Shown here piece by piece: positions 9,297 through 19,116 of a DNA stretch of 64,000 nt. The notes under the pieces are model-generated. The model was given only the letters and a program-made list of their open reading frames with translations. It had not been told where the DNA came from and searched no databases. Both the position numbers and the translations under genes were made by a program. Each line of letters begins with the position of its first letter. Position 1 is the first letter of the stretch. Source of the DNA: a virus; the IMG/VR virus record IMGVR_UViG_3300025015_000001. One strand, 5' to 3'.

Positions 9297-11132
9297 ATGC
9301 ATGAAATAAAACTATATACTAAAATTTGTGAACATTGTAAATTAAAATTTACTACAGATAAATACAAAAGACGCTACTGCAGTTATGATTGTGTTATTGC
9401 TCAACGCTTAATCATTAATAAAGAAAAGATAAAACAAAAAGGTTATCTACATAAGCCGTCTAAGAAAATAATTAAAATTTGTAAAAATTGTAACCTAGAA
9501 TTTATTATTAAAAAGGAATCAAAAGATAAACCAAGAAAGTATTGTAGCAGAAAGTGCTCTGCTATAGACGGGGCTAGCATTGTAAGTGAGAAACAAAAGT
9601 TAAATTGGAAAAAAGAAAAAGAATCTGGTGTTAAAAGAAAACCAGTTCGACCTAAACGATTACTAGATTTAGTATGTGAATATTGTAAGTCTGAGTTTAC
9701 TGTACCTTATAAAAGTAGGCATAGAAAATTTTGTTCGCACGAATGCTATTCCAGTAGTAGAAGTTTTGATAGAATAGTAAAATGCGAGTATTGTGGTAAT
9801 GATTTTACTGAGAAATCGTACAAACAGAAGTACTGTTCTATGTCTTGTTCTGGAAAAGCTATAGGGGAAAAGCAAACTGGCGAAAATGCCCCATTTTACG
9901 GGCGAACGCACACAGAAGAAAACAAAAAATTATTCTCTGAAAAAGCTACACAGTACATAGCGCAACATGGTGCGCCTTTTCTTGGTAAAAAACATAGTAT
10001 TGACTCTAGGTTAGCTATGTCATTAACAAAACACAATTTGTCAGTAGAAGATATAGTTGATATAGATTCTTATCTTAAAGAGCACATAGAAGCTAAAGTC
10101 TGTCCAATTTGCAGTGTTGACTTTAATCCTACCAAAAGAATACAAATCTGTTGTGGTAAAGACTGCGATGCTAAAAGAAGAGATTTCTTAAATAGAAAAC
10201 CAAAAGTATGCCGATGGTGTGCTAAAGAATTTTATTCGAATAAAAATGATCAAAAATGTTGTAGTTATCATTGCTATATGAAAAAAAGGATGAGTGACCC
10301 TGCCGAAGTAGAAAAAATTAGACAGTTTATGAAAGGTAGACCATCATTAAATAAAGGATTAAAAATGTCTGCTGAGTGGTGCGAGAAGCATAGACAAAGA
10401 GTAGTAGCACACTATGCGACAGAAGACGGGCAGAAAACCAAAGAACTAATTTCTGAGGCACTTAAAAAATTCTATAAAACTGATATTGGTAAACAACTAA
10501 GAATAATAATTAATAGTAAACTGAGTAAACTTTTCTTAGGAGAACTAAACCCTTTCTACGGCAAAATTCATTCTAAAGAAGTTATTAAAATTTTATCCGA
10601 AAAAGCTTTGGGCAGACCTTCTGCGTTTAAAGGAAAAACCCATTCAGATGAAACAAAGGCCGCTGCGTCTATACGTATGATATTGTATTGTATAGAACAC
10701 GGCAACACAGCAGATAAATTTTCTAAAAAAGGAACATATTTTTCTGAAAAGAATAAGACTACAATTAAGTACGATTCTTCTTATGAATTAACTGCATTTG
10801 AAAAACTGGAACACGATGATAAGGTTATATCATACGAAAAATGTAATTTTTATATTCCGTATAAATTAGATATACAGAGAAACTACTTACCAGATATTAT
10901 AGTAGTATTTAAGGACTCGCCAACCACGGTAATAGAAATTAAGCCAAAGTATAAATTAATACATGAGAAGCCGGAATATAAAGCTAAATTTTTAGCGGCC
11001 CTTACTTATTGTAAACTAAAAAATTGGAAGTTTAGAGTTTGGACAGAATTTCATATTTTCCCGGATGATGATAAGAGATATAAGCAAGCTGTACAAAAAG
11101 TAAAACCAAAGAATTATCTTGCTTTTATCTAA
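9297..11132 (+). CDS. Putative homing endonuclease: 6 CxxC..CS..C Zn fingers, NUMOD3-like motifs, C-terminal TnsA-like PD-(D/E)XK nuclease
   Basis: PFYGRTHTEE, PFYGKIHSKE and FKGKTHSDE motifs; YDSSYE...YLPDII...IEIKP; likely start ATG 9297 (track start 9231 overlaps the upstream gene). Confidence 0.75.
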   Translation: MHEIKLYTKICEHCKLKFTTDKYKRRYCSYDCVIAQRLIINKEKIKQKGYLHKPSKKIIKICKNCNLEFIIKKESKDKPRKYCSRKCSAIDGASIVSEKQKLNWKKEKESGVKRKPVRPKRLLDLVCEYCKSEFTVPYKSRHRKFCSHECYSSSRSFDRIVKCEYCGNDFTEKSYKQKYCSMSCSGKAIGEKQTGENAPFYGRTHTEENKKLFSEKATQYIAQHGAPFLGKKHSIDSRLAMSLTKHNLSVEDIVDIDSYLKEHIEAKVCPICSVDFNPTKRIQICCGKDCDAKRRDFLNRKPKVCRWCAKEFYSNKNDQKCCSYHCYMKKRMSDPAEVEKIRQFMKGRPSLNKGLKMSAEWCEKHRQRVVAHYATEDGQKTKELISEALKKFYKTDIGKQLRIIINSKLSKLFLGELNPFYGKIHSKEVIKILSEKALGRPSAFKGKTHSDETKAAASIRMILYCIEHGNTADKFSKKGTYFSEKNKTTIKYDSSYELTAFEKLEHDDKVISYEKCNFYIPYKLDIQRNYLPDIIVVFKDSPTTVIEIKPKYKLIHEKPEYKAKFLAALTYCKLKNWKFRVWTEFHIFPDDDKRYKQAVQKVKPKNYLAFI

Positions 11133-11147
11133 TACTTATGCTATATT
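11119..11147 (+). promoter_or_regulatory. Sigma70-type promoter
   Basis: TTGCTT-17-TATATT with extended TG. Confidence 0.6.
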
Positions 11148-11176
11148 ATTTTTATCAAAGCTTATAAGGAGTAACC

Positions 11177-11530
11177 ATGTCACAAGAAATTGAATTAAAA
11201 GATTTTGCATCTAAATTAGCACAAATATTAGATTTAGCAAAAGATGACTATTTCATAGAATATTCTACAGAAGAAGATTTTATAATATTTAGCACATTTG
11301 AATTTAATATAGTAATAAGATTTGATAATGATAAGTATATTTTAGAAACTAGCTTTTATCTTTCTGTTCACCCTAATCTAGCGGCCTCAGTTGCCATGAC
11401 ATTATCTAAGATAGGTAATACGCAAGTAGAACTGTTTGAGGGATATGACTATGATGAGGAAGGCAATATGGTATTTGAAAATGATTTGGATAATTTTGAT
11501 ATAGACGAAGAGAATTCTACTGTTCATTAA
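11177..11530 (+). CDS. Hypothetical acidic protein
   Basis: AAGGAG RBS, clean ORF. Confidence 0.75.
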   Translation: MSQEIELKDFASKLAQILDLAKDDYFIEYSTEEDFIIFSTFEFNIVIRFDNDKYILETSFYLSVHPNLAASVAMTLSKIGNTQVELFEGYDYDEEGNMVFENDLDNFDIDEENSTVH

Positions 11531-11565
11531 CGATTTATTTATAATATTTAAAATCGTCGTTAGAC

Positions 11566-11610
11566 GCCCCCTCAGTGTATTGCTATAGTCCTGATGGGGT
11601 TTATTTTTAT
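11566..11610 (+). terminator. Possible intrinsic terminator
   Basis: GCCCC(C)TCAG...CTGA(T)GGGGT stem followed by a T-rich tract; the loop is long (15 nt). Confidence 0.35.
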
Positions 11611-11638
11611 TGACTTCATCCTAAATCTATGATAGGAT
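11610..11638 (+). promoter_or_regulatory. Sigma70-type promoter
   Basis: TTGACT-17-TAGGAT with extended TG; ATG 7 nt after the -10. Confidence 0.6.
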
Positions 11639-11644
11639 ACGTAT

Positions 11645-11872
11645 ATGCCCAAAGCTAAATTAGAATTCGACTTACCACAAGAACAAGTAGAGTTTAATAT
11701 CGCAGTAAATGCTGTTAATTGGAAATATACTTTATATGATTTTGACCAATGGTTAAGAAGTGAACTAAAGTATAATGATGCACGACAGGATGCAGACTGT
11801 GTAATCATACAGGAAGTTCGTGATAGATTATGGAAATTTTTAGATGATAGAAATTTAGATTTTGATGAATAA
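11645..11872 (+). CDS. Small hypothetical phage protein
   Basis: AKLEFDLP.E..EF...W...YDFDQWLR pattern familiar from phage hypotheticals. Confidence 0.7.
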   Translation: MPKAKLEFDLPQEQVEFNIAVNAVNWKYTLYDFDQWLRSELKYNDARQDADCVIIQEVRDRLWKFLDDRNLDFDE

Positions 11873-11886
11873 TATTGAGGTCTGTT

Positions 11887-12423
11887 ATGAAAGACAAAAA
11901 CTTTAATTCCGATAATTATAAATATTTTGAAGATAGTGAGTTACCTAAGCTTATACTAGGTATAAAAATTAACCCAAAATATTCTTACCAGGAAGAATAT
12001 AAATTTAAATCAGATAAAGATTGGATTAGAATAGGCCATCAGTCCGCAGGACATGCTTGTCACCAGCAATATTTTATTGCTACAATACTCGCTCCTAAGT
12101 CAGAACTAACAAATAAAATTAAGGATATTTGTGATGAATATATAGATAGTGATATAGGGTGCCTTGGTGTGAATATACACGAGCTAAATTCATACGTAGA
12201 CTTACTTAAAAGTAACTTAGATGTTGATTGTAATTGGTCATATACTAATTTTGAAGAAGCTATCTACCCAATAGATTATAGTAAAGAAAATTTAGATAAA
12301 CTAACAAATGATATTTTTCCTGATAATTTAGATGATTTAATAGAGTGGAAAGAAGTACGGCAGCAAAGTATAGGATGTATACATAGATGGGGAATTTATA
12401 TATTAGGTAAAAATTGTGATTGA
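11887..12423 (+). CDS. Hypothetical protein
   Basis: GAGG then ATG 11887; clean ORF. Confidence 0.7.
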   Translation: MKDKNFNSDNYKYFEDSELPKLILGIKINPKYSYQEEYKFKSDKDWIRIGHQSAGHACHQQYFIATILAPKSELTNKIKDICDEYIDSDIGCLGVNIHELNSYVDLLKSNLDVDCNWSYTNFEEAIYPIDYSKENLDKLTNDIFPDNLDDLIEWKEVRQQSIGCIHRWGIYILGKNCD

Positions 12424-12493
12424 TTGGTCCTATAATCTTTAGAAGGAACACTAATTCTAGCAAAAATAAAAAATGAACTGATATGAATTTTTT

Positions 12494-12533
12494 ATTTTTT
12501 TGAAAATTTTTAAAAAATTAGATGTGATATAGT
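12494..12533 (+). promoter_or_regulatory. A/T-tract promoter motif, copy 1
   Basis: TTTTTTTGAAAATTTTTAAAAAATTAGATGTGATATAGT; similar sequences at 23298 and 31653. Confidence 0.55.
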
Positions 12534-12536
12534 ATT

Positions 12537-12860
12537 ATGAATCTTGCTGTAAGAGTAGAATATAAAAATTGTAATGAGTGCCCTATAGAGTACTGTATAA
12601 GAGAAAATGATACAAGAGGAATTTTTGTTAGTATCAATATCCACCTCACTCCCAAATGTTCTATAAATAAAAAAGGAGATACATTCAAATTATGTTTTTG
12701 GCAATCGAATAAAAACCTACCGATTAAAATAAAATATAAAAAATCTCTGCTTAAGAGTGTAAGCTATCTACTAGATAATTACAAAGAACTTGAATTTGAA
12801 GACTGTATAAAATTAACTGAAATTAAACAAAAATGTATTGTTCATAATGACAGTACATAA
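12537..12860 (+). CDS. Small Cys-containing protein, member of the EL.LED motif family
   Basis: N-terminal CNECPIEYC; C-terminal ELEFEDCIKLT. Confidence 0.65.
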   Translation: MNLAVRVEYKNCNECPIEYCIRENDTRGIFVSINIHLTPKCSINKKGDTFKLCFWQSNKNLPIKIKYKKSLLKSVSYLLDNYKELEFEDCIKLTEIKQKCIVHNDST

Positions 12861-12877
12861 AGGAGCAATAATTAGTA

Positions 12878-15800
12878 ATGAACATAGTCTACTATGCTAG
12901 CGATCAGGCAGGTTGTGGAAACATTCGCATGATAATTCCTGCTAATATTATTGCCAAAAATAACTTAGCTAATGTAAAAATTTCATTTGCTGTGACTGAC
13001 GAACTCATGCAGTGGGCTGATCTTATAATATGGCAACGTCAGCATAAGCTCAACTTATTAGACTTTGCTAAGAAGTACAAAGGAATAAAGAAACAAATAT
13101 TTGAATTAGATGATGATCTATTTTCCCTCACCCCAGCTAACCCCGCCTATATTCACTATCCTAATGCTACATTAAAACAATTAACAGAATTCATTAAAAT
13201 TTGTGATGCTGTCACTTGTTCTACAGAGCCCCTTAGACAAGTATTATTAAAGTATAATAATAATGTATACACACTACAAAATTGTATACTATCTAATTAT
13301 ATTATCCCTCCTAATAAAATAGAAAATGAAATTCGCGTAGGGTGGGTGGGATCAGCACATCATCATGATGATCTAAAATATGCTATACATGCTATTAAGG
13401 ATGTTCATAATAAATATAAAAATATTAAGTTAGTATTTATGGGCGGTACTGTAGATAAATACCTAAATATGTTCGATAGAAGCAGGCTAGAATTCCATAA
13501 CTGGGTAGATTTTAAAGATTACTATGATAAACTTAATTCATTAAATTTACATATAGGATTAGCTCCTATTGAGGACAATAAGTTTAATTGCAGCAAATGT
13601 TTAGTTGGGGGTACCATGATTGTGACATCTGATGGTATTCAAACAATAGAAGACTTAAGAACTAAATATAATAAAACCAAAGTTTGGCAAGAGACTGATT
13701 TTAAAAAAGTATCAAATTTTTTTGAATATAAAAAACAAAAAACTATTAAGCTAATAACTAAAAATGGATATGAAATAGAAGGTACACTACATCATAAATT
13801 AAGAAGTTCTGGTACTTTTATAGAAATGCAAAATTTTGTAATAGGGGATAAAGTAGATATTAGTTTTTATAAATTTCCAAAAGTTCCATACCAAAGAATA
13901 TCGGCACCATTCTTTTCTACATACATAGATAAAGATAGAATAGATTTTTCTGAGATAGATACTGACTTACTACCCAAAGTCGAGATTAATGAGAGATGGG
14001 GAAGATTTCTTGGGTATCTTCTGGGGGATGGGTGTATTGGGTGGAGCAATGCGATCAAAGTCTCATGCGACGCCCAGTATCAGGATATCATAGACGACCT
14101 ACTAAAACTAGGTAAACAATTAGGGCTAAATCCTTTTATTACTATTAAAAAAGATAAAGACAAAAGAGCCTCTGAGAGGGCTAGAGATGTAGCCTTTTGT
14201 AGTAAAAGTTTGAGATACTTTTTAGGAGAGAGTATAGGATTTACTGGTAGGAAAGAAAAAAATTTAGTTGTCCCTGATGTTATTTTCAAATCTCCGAAAT
14301 CAGTTATTGCTGCGTTTATAAGTGGATTATTTGAGACGGACGGATGTGTAACAGGAGGGGGCTGTTCGTTTACTACAAAAAATAAAAAATTAGCGCAACA
14401 AATTCAATTTTTACTTTTGGGGTTTGGTATAAAGAGTAAAATAATTATTAACACTGTGCATGAGGCTTTTGGTAGACATTATGGAAGACAGTACTATACT
14501 TTACATTTAGGTCGCCAAGCATGTGATATTTTTTATTTGGAAATAGGTTTCACATCAAAAATTAAACAGGAAAAATTAGAAAATATTTATAATAAATCTC
14601 ATTCTAATAAGTATAAAGAATGGGAATTGAATGAGGAGATTATTAGAATAGAGAACAGCGAAAATGATGTATTTGATATAGAGATACCCGATAATCATTA
14701 TTATTTAGCCAACGGAATAATAAGTCATAACAGTAGTTTAAGATTTCTGGAGTATAGCCTCTGTGGGGCAGCGACAATCGCATCTGATGTTTACCCATAT
14801 AATAATGTTATAGAAAGTGGTAAAGATGGAATAATTGTTAAGAAAAATAAGCATTTAGAGTGGGTAAAATCACTAAGCTTATTGATAGAAAATCCTAATA
14901 AAATTACAGAGTTATGTAGTAATTCTCAGATTAAAATAAAAGAAAAATATGATTATTATAAGAATATAGGATCGTGGATTAATGTTTACAATGAGGTTTT
15001 AGGGGAGAGAAAAAGAGTAATTATTAATTCAGAAGTATCTACAGACTATACCTATACCAGACCTGAGTATAAAGGTAAGAAAGAGATACAGGTACTTAGT
15101 CAGACTCCATCTATGGAAGGCATGGTTCCTGAATTACTTAAGCATACTGAGATAAATGAATCTGAAATTAAAAATATTCTTATAGTTAAGTTGGATCACC
15201 TTGGTGATGTCATACTGACAATCCCAGCAATGCGGATGGTTAGGAATAAATTTCCAGATGCTAATATCACACTATTATGTGGTAATTATGCCAAAGCTAT
15301 AGCTGAAAGAATACCTTACATAGATGACATAGTTACATTCGATTTCTTTAATGAGCGTTCCGAGAATGGACAACGACAGTTTACACAAGAAGAATTGAAA
15401 GACCTACACAAAATGTGTACATCTAAGGAGTTTGACCTAGCTATAGATCTACGCAGACACCCAGAAACTCGTGGTATCCTTAGTTTCACAAACGCTAAAT
15501 ATAAAATAGGCTATTGGTTTTATCAAAATAATTATGATTTTCTTACCACCTGTGTAAAAATTCCAGATAATGTTCATGATAAGAAAGGACCTGCTGGTAT
15601 TTTAAAACCACATATCACAGCTCAGATATGCCATATGATTAAATCTGTATTCAAAGATATACCAAACGAAATACCAGAAATAGAATTAAGATTAAAAGAT
15701 AGTGATAATAAAGTATTTGAAAAGTACCCACAGCTACTAAATAATGGTAACATAATTTGTATACACCCTGGAACAGGAGCCCCTGTACGCCAGTGGCCGG

Positions 15801-16252
15801 TAGAATACTATGCAGAATTATGTAATTTATTTATAGAAAAAGACGATGCTATAATACTGTTGGTGGGGGCTAAGGCTGAGAGAGGTTTAGCTGATTTAAC
15901 GTACAATAAAATAAATAAAAAAGAAAATGTGGTAATGTTGTGTGGAGAAATAGGATTAGGTGAATTTTTAACCGTTTTACCCAAATGTAAATTATTTATA
16001 GGTAATAATAGTGGGCCCTCTCATATGGCGGGAATATCTAAAGTACCTACGTTAGTTACATTTTCTGGGCAAGTTTCCCCTTATGAGTGGCAGCCACTGG
16101 GGCCAAAAACAGTTTTGGTAAGAACAGACATGGAGTGTGCTCCCTGTAGTTTAGGTCGGCCAGAACAATGTTTTTGGAATTTAGAATGCTTGCGGTTTAT
16201 TAAACCAGAGGTTGTTTATTCAGAAAGTACTAAATTTATAGGGGGTGTATAG
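12878..16252 (+). CDS. Intein-containing glycosyltransferase fusion: N-terminal GT-B (GT4-like) plus C-terminal GT9 (heptosyltransferase-like); 746 aa after splicing
   Basis: IRVGWVGS..HHDDL, IGLAP..DN.FN.SK|S.LRFLEYS; GT9 motifs ILIVKLDHLGDVILTIPA, IHPGTG...RQWP, GNNSGPSHMA. Confidence 0.85.
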   Translation: MNIVYYASDQAGCGNIRMIIPANIIAKNNLANVKISFAVTDELMQWADLIIWQRQHKLNLLDFAKKYKGIKKQIFELDDDLFSLTPANPAYIHYPNATLKQLTEFIKICDAVTCSTEPLRQVLLKYNNNVYTLQNCILSNYIIPPNKIENEIRVGWVGSAHHHDDLKYAIHAIKDVHNKYKNIKLVFMGGTVDKYLNMFDRSRLEFHNWVDFKDYYDKLNSLNLHIGLAPIEDNKFNCSKCLVGGTMIVTSDGIQTIEDLRTKYNKTKVWQETDFKKVSNFFEYKKQKTIKLITKNGYEIEGTLHHKLRSSGTFIEMQNFVIGDKVDISFYKFPKVPYQRISAPFFSTYIDKDRIDFSEIDTDLLPKVEINERWGRFLGYLLGDGCIGWSNAIKVSCDAQYQDIIDDLLKLGKQLGLNPFITIKKDKDKRASERARDVAFCSKSLRYFLGESIGFTGRKEKNLVVPDVIFKSPKSVIAAFISGLFETDGCVTGGGCSFTTKNKKLAQQIQFLLLGFGIKSKIIINTVHEAFGRHYGRQYYTLHLGRQACDIFYLEIGFTSKIKQEKLENIYNKSHSNKYKEWELNEEIIRIENSENDVFDIEIPDNHYYLANGIISHNSSLRFLEYSLCGAATIASDVYPYNNVIESGKDGIIVKKNKHLEWVKSLSLLIENPNKITELCSNSQIKIKEKYDYYKNIGSWINVYNEVLGERKRVIINSEVSTDYTYTRPEYKGKKEIQVLSQTPSMEGMVPELLKHTEINESEIKNILIVKLDHLGDVILTIPAMRMVRNKFPDANITLLCGNYAKAIAERIPYIDDIVTFDFFNERSENGQRQFTQEELKDLHKMCTSKEFDLAIDLRRHPETRGILSFTNAKYKIGYWFYQNNYDFLTTCVKIPDNVHDKKGPAGILKPHITAQICHMIKSVFKDIPNEIPEIELRLKDSDNKVFEKYPQLLNNGNIICIHPGTGAPVRQWPVEYYAELCNLFIEKDDAIILLVGAKAERGLADLTYNKINKKENVVMLCGEIGLGEFLTVLPKCKLFIGNNSGPSHMAGISKVPTLVTFSGQVSPYEWQPLGPKTVLVRTDMECAPCSLGRPEQCFWNLECLRFIKPEVVYSESTKFIGGV
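13598..14731 (+). mobile_element. Intein (378 aa) with LAGLIDADG homing endonuclease
   Basis: Starts CLVGGTMI, ends YLANGIISHN followed by Ser; LGYLLGDG and SGLFETDG motifs; removal restores FNCSK-SSLRFLEYS. Confidence 0.93.
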
Positions 16253-16254
16253 TA

Positions 16255-16899
16255 ATGTGTGCCTGTATTGTGTGCGGTAGTTCTGATGTTACTGATTTGG
16301 GTAGTATAGATAACGAAGTAATAAATAAATGCAATAATTGTACATTAATTTTCGTTAATAACGCTATGTTAAATGATGATAAAGTTGGGGGTGAATGTGA
16401 AGAAGAACGTAATTTAGATGAAGTTAATAAGCACAGAATATTGAGACTAAATAATCCAAAGAATATTTTAGATTTTGGATGTGGTCATGGTAAGTTTGTT
16501 AATTTTTGTAAATCAAACGGTATTAATGCTGAAGGCATAGATTTACACACAGAGTTAACCTTAGATAATTTAAGTAAAACTTATGATGCTATTACTATGA
16601 TAGAAGTTATAGAGCATATATCAGACCCAGTTAGCGTTTTAACTACGTTAAGTCAGCACCTTAATCCAAACGGAGTTTTGTACATAGAAGGATCTTTTAC
16701 AGATACAGAGTATCTTTATGGAAATTTAAATTTTGATATACTTACTTGGTGGTATCTGCGCCCAAGTATAGGTCACATTACTTTATTTAATCAAAAATCT
16801 ATGGAAATTATTTTATCTAAGTGTGGCTTGCGCTTAATGGAGCCTAGATTTAATCCAAATGTTTTCAGAGCCACCAAGGAGAATTTAATTGTCAACTAA
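16255..16899 (+). CDS. Class I SAM-dependent methyltransferase with N-terminal Cys motif
   Basis: ILDFGCGHG, EVIEHI, LNPNGVLYI. Confidence 0.85.
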   Translation: MCACIVCGSSDVTDLGSIDNEVINKCNNCTLIFVNNAMLNDDKVGGECEEERNLDEVNKHRILRLNNPKNILDFGCGHGKFVNFCKSNGINAEGIDLHTELTLDNLSKTYDAITMIEVIEHISDPVSVLTTLSQHLNPNGVLYIEGSFTDTEYLYGNLNFDILTWWYLRPSIGHITLFNQKSMEIILSKCGLRLMEPRFNPNVFRATKENLIVN

Positions 16900-17731
16900 A
16901 ACAGTAGTATTGGTTGTTAGGGATGAAGAATTTTATATAGACATGTGTTTACAATCCATACTTCCTTTTATAGATCATTTATACATACTAGATACGGGAA
17001 GTAAAGATAGAACTACAGAAATAATTAACGAATTCAGTATTAAGTACCCAAATAAGATAATATTGGAATGTGGTGATTTTGGTGGTAGTAGGCGATTCGG
17101 GGAAGGCTACAGGGAATTGGAAGCTAGAAATTATGCTTTAAGTAGAGCCAGGGCTCATTTCAATCCTGATTGGATTATATGTATGGATGCCGATGAGGTA
17201 TATAGCGAAATCTTTTTTTCATTTATGAATACCGCTATTAGTGAGAATAGGATTGGAGTAACCCACGCAACCAATATCCCAGTTTATCCTAATATGGTTA
17301 ATAACAATAAGGATGCCTTATCTAATGTTAGAGGAAATATTTTATTTGATGTGCATACAAGAATATGGAATGACAAGAGATTAACCGTAAATTGGACTCA
17401 ACAAATAGGCCAACATGTTACATTACCCATTCCCGTTGATTTTATTATTCCTAGCGTAGTTCATTATCATCTTCATCATATGTTTGGTCCAAAATCTATT
17501 TTTTCGTGGTTATTGTGGCGCGGAGATCCCCCCGTCGTTCCACCAGAAGTAGATATATATAAACAAGATTTTTATACAGATCGTTATCCAGAATTATTTG
17601 ATAGTGTTAGTAAGTTTATACCTCCGCCACATTTATTATTAAATATTAAAAATGATTCTGTTGTAGTACCTGACAGCAATAAACTACCGAATTATGTAGT
17701 AGATAGGTGGCTGCAATGGGGAAATTTTTAA
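16889..17731 (+). CDS. GT2-family glycosyltransferase
   Basis: VRDEE, LDTGSKDRT, EARNYAL, WIICMDADE (DxD); TTG start. Confidence 0.85.
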   Translation: MSTKTVVLVVRDEEFYIDMCLQSILPFIDHLYILDTGSKDRTTEIINEFSIKYPNKIILECGDFGGSRRFGEGYRELEARNYALSRARAHFNPDWIICMDADEVYSEIFFSFMNTAISENRIGVTHATNIPVYPNMVNNNKDALSNVRGNILFDVHTRIWNDKRLTVNWTQQIGQHVTLPIPVDFIIPSVVHYHLHHMFGPKSIFSWLLWRGDPPVVPPEVDIYKQDFYTDRYPELFDSVSKFIPPPHLLLNIKNDSVVVPDSNKLPNYVVDRWLQWGNF

Positions 17732-17747
17732 TAGTATGGGGATTTAA

Positions 17748-18635
17748 TTGTTAACTAAAACAGTAGTATTGGTTGTTAGAGATGAAGAGTTCTATATAGA
17801 TATGTGTTTAGACTCTATACTGCCGTACATAGACTGCTTGTATATATTAGATACGGGAAGTAAAGATAGAACTGTAGAAATAATTTTTGAATTTGGTGAA
17901 AAATATCCAAATAAGATATTATTAGAATTTGGTAATTTTGGTGGGGATAGAAGATTTGCTCTTGACTACAGGGAGTCAGAAGCAAGAAATTATGCGTTAA
18001 CTAGAGCCAAAGAATTATATAATTCTGATTGGATTATATGTATGGATGCCGATGAGGTATATACAAGTAATTTTTGGAATTTATTTAGTACAATAGATCC
18101 TGATGTAGGATCTATTGGGCATTCGACGGACTGCCCTACCACACCAACTACTATGAGTAGACATCCACTATCTATGGTAAATTGGGGGCCACATAAGTTA
18201 CATGACCCGCATTGTAGGATTTGGAATGTACATAAATATAATGTAGAGTGGATTAATCCAAAAAATAGACATGTTATTCTTAGTCATAATGGTAGTGATG
18301 ACCTTGTGTGTGATTTAATAATTGATGAAACTGTACATTTTCATTTTCATCATATATTTGGACCTAAAAGTTTTTATTCGTGGGTGAATAAAGGATTACT
18401 GACACAGCCTGGTAATGGTAGTGGTCTTTTATCAGAGGACATATATCATCAAGAAGTATATGAAAAAAATTATCCACAACTATTTAATGAAAGAAATAAG
18501 TTTGTTCCGCCCAAAGAGATGTTTAAAAATATTACAGATGTGTCTGTCCCAATATCAGAAAAAAGTAAACTATCTAATTTTGTTATTGAAAAATGGAATA
18601 ATTGGTGGGATATTTCTGAATTTAGTGTGGTATAA
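17748..18635 (+). CDS. GT2-family glycosyltransferase (paralog of 16889..17731)
   Basis: Same motifs; N-terminal DNA near-identical to the upstream gene. Confidence 0.85.
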   Translation: MLTKTVVLVVRDEEFYIDMCLDSILPYIDCLYILDTGSKDRTVEIIFEFGEKYPNKILLEFGNFGGDRRFALDYRESEARNYALTRAKELYNSDWIICMDADEVYTSNFWNLFSTIDPDVGSIGHSTDCPTTPTTMSRHPLSMVNWGPHKLHDPHCRIWNVHKYNVEWINPKNRHVILSHNGSDDLVCDLIIDETVHFHFHHIFGPKSFYSWVNKGLLTQPGNGSGLLSEDIYHQEVYEKNYPQLFNERNKFVPPKEMFKNITDVSVPISEKSKLSNFVIEKWNNWWDISEFSVV

Positions 18636-18656
18636 TTTAAAATAAAGGAGTTTTAG

Positions 18657-19115
18657 ATGTTAATGTTAAATTTAGGTTGTTGTGACAATATTTTGGCAGA
18701 CTATGTAAATATTGATTCACGTAAAGTAGCTGACAACGTTGTAGTTATGGATTTAGAAAATGGTATAGACTACCCAGACAATTCAGTAGATTACATACTT
18801 GCCGCAGACGTATTAGAGCACTTAACTGATAGACTAAAGATTATGAACGAAATATGGAGGGTACTCAAACCAGGAGCTAAAGTTCATATAGTACTTCCTA
18901 CAACAGACGGAAGAGGGGCATTTCAAGATCCGGATCACAAAAGTTTTTGGAATAGAAATACTTTTTGGTACTTTGAAAAGAGCAATGACCATTACAGAAG
19001 ATTCGCTAAATCTTATGGTGTTAAAGCGGCTTTTGTTGTTGATTTTGAAGAAGAGCAGCACCACCCAGATAAAATAGAAAAATTGAGTATAATATTAAGA
19101 AAGGTGGAACTATAA
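18657..19115 (+). CDS. SAM-dependent methyltransferase (type 11-like)
   Basis: LNLGC, DVLEHL, EIWRVLKPG, AFQDPDH. Confidence 0.85.
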   Translation: MLMLNLGCCDNILADYVNIDSRKVADNVVVMDLENGIDYPDNSVDYILAADVLEHLTDRLKIMNEIWRVLKPGAKVHIVLPTTDGRGAFQDPDHKSFWNRNTFWYFEKSNDHYRRFAKSYGVKAAFVVDFEEEQHHPDKIEKLSIILRKVEL

Positions 19116-19116
19116 A

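Noticed and set aside
9297-11132. TnsA-like domain as evidence of a Tn7-like transposon
   Set aside because: No TnsB/TnsC genes or transposon ends nearby.
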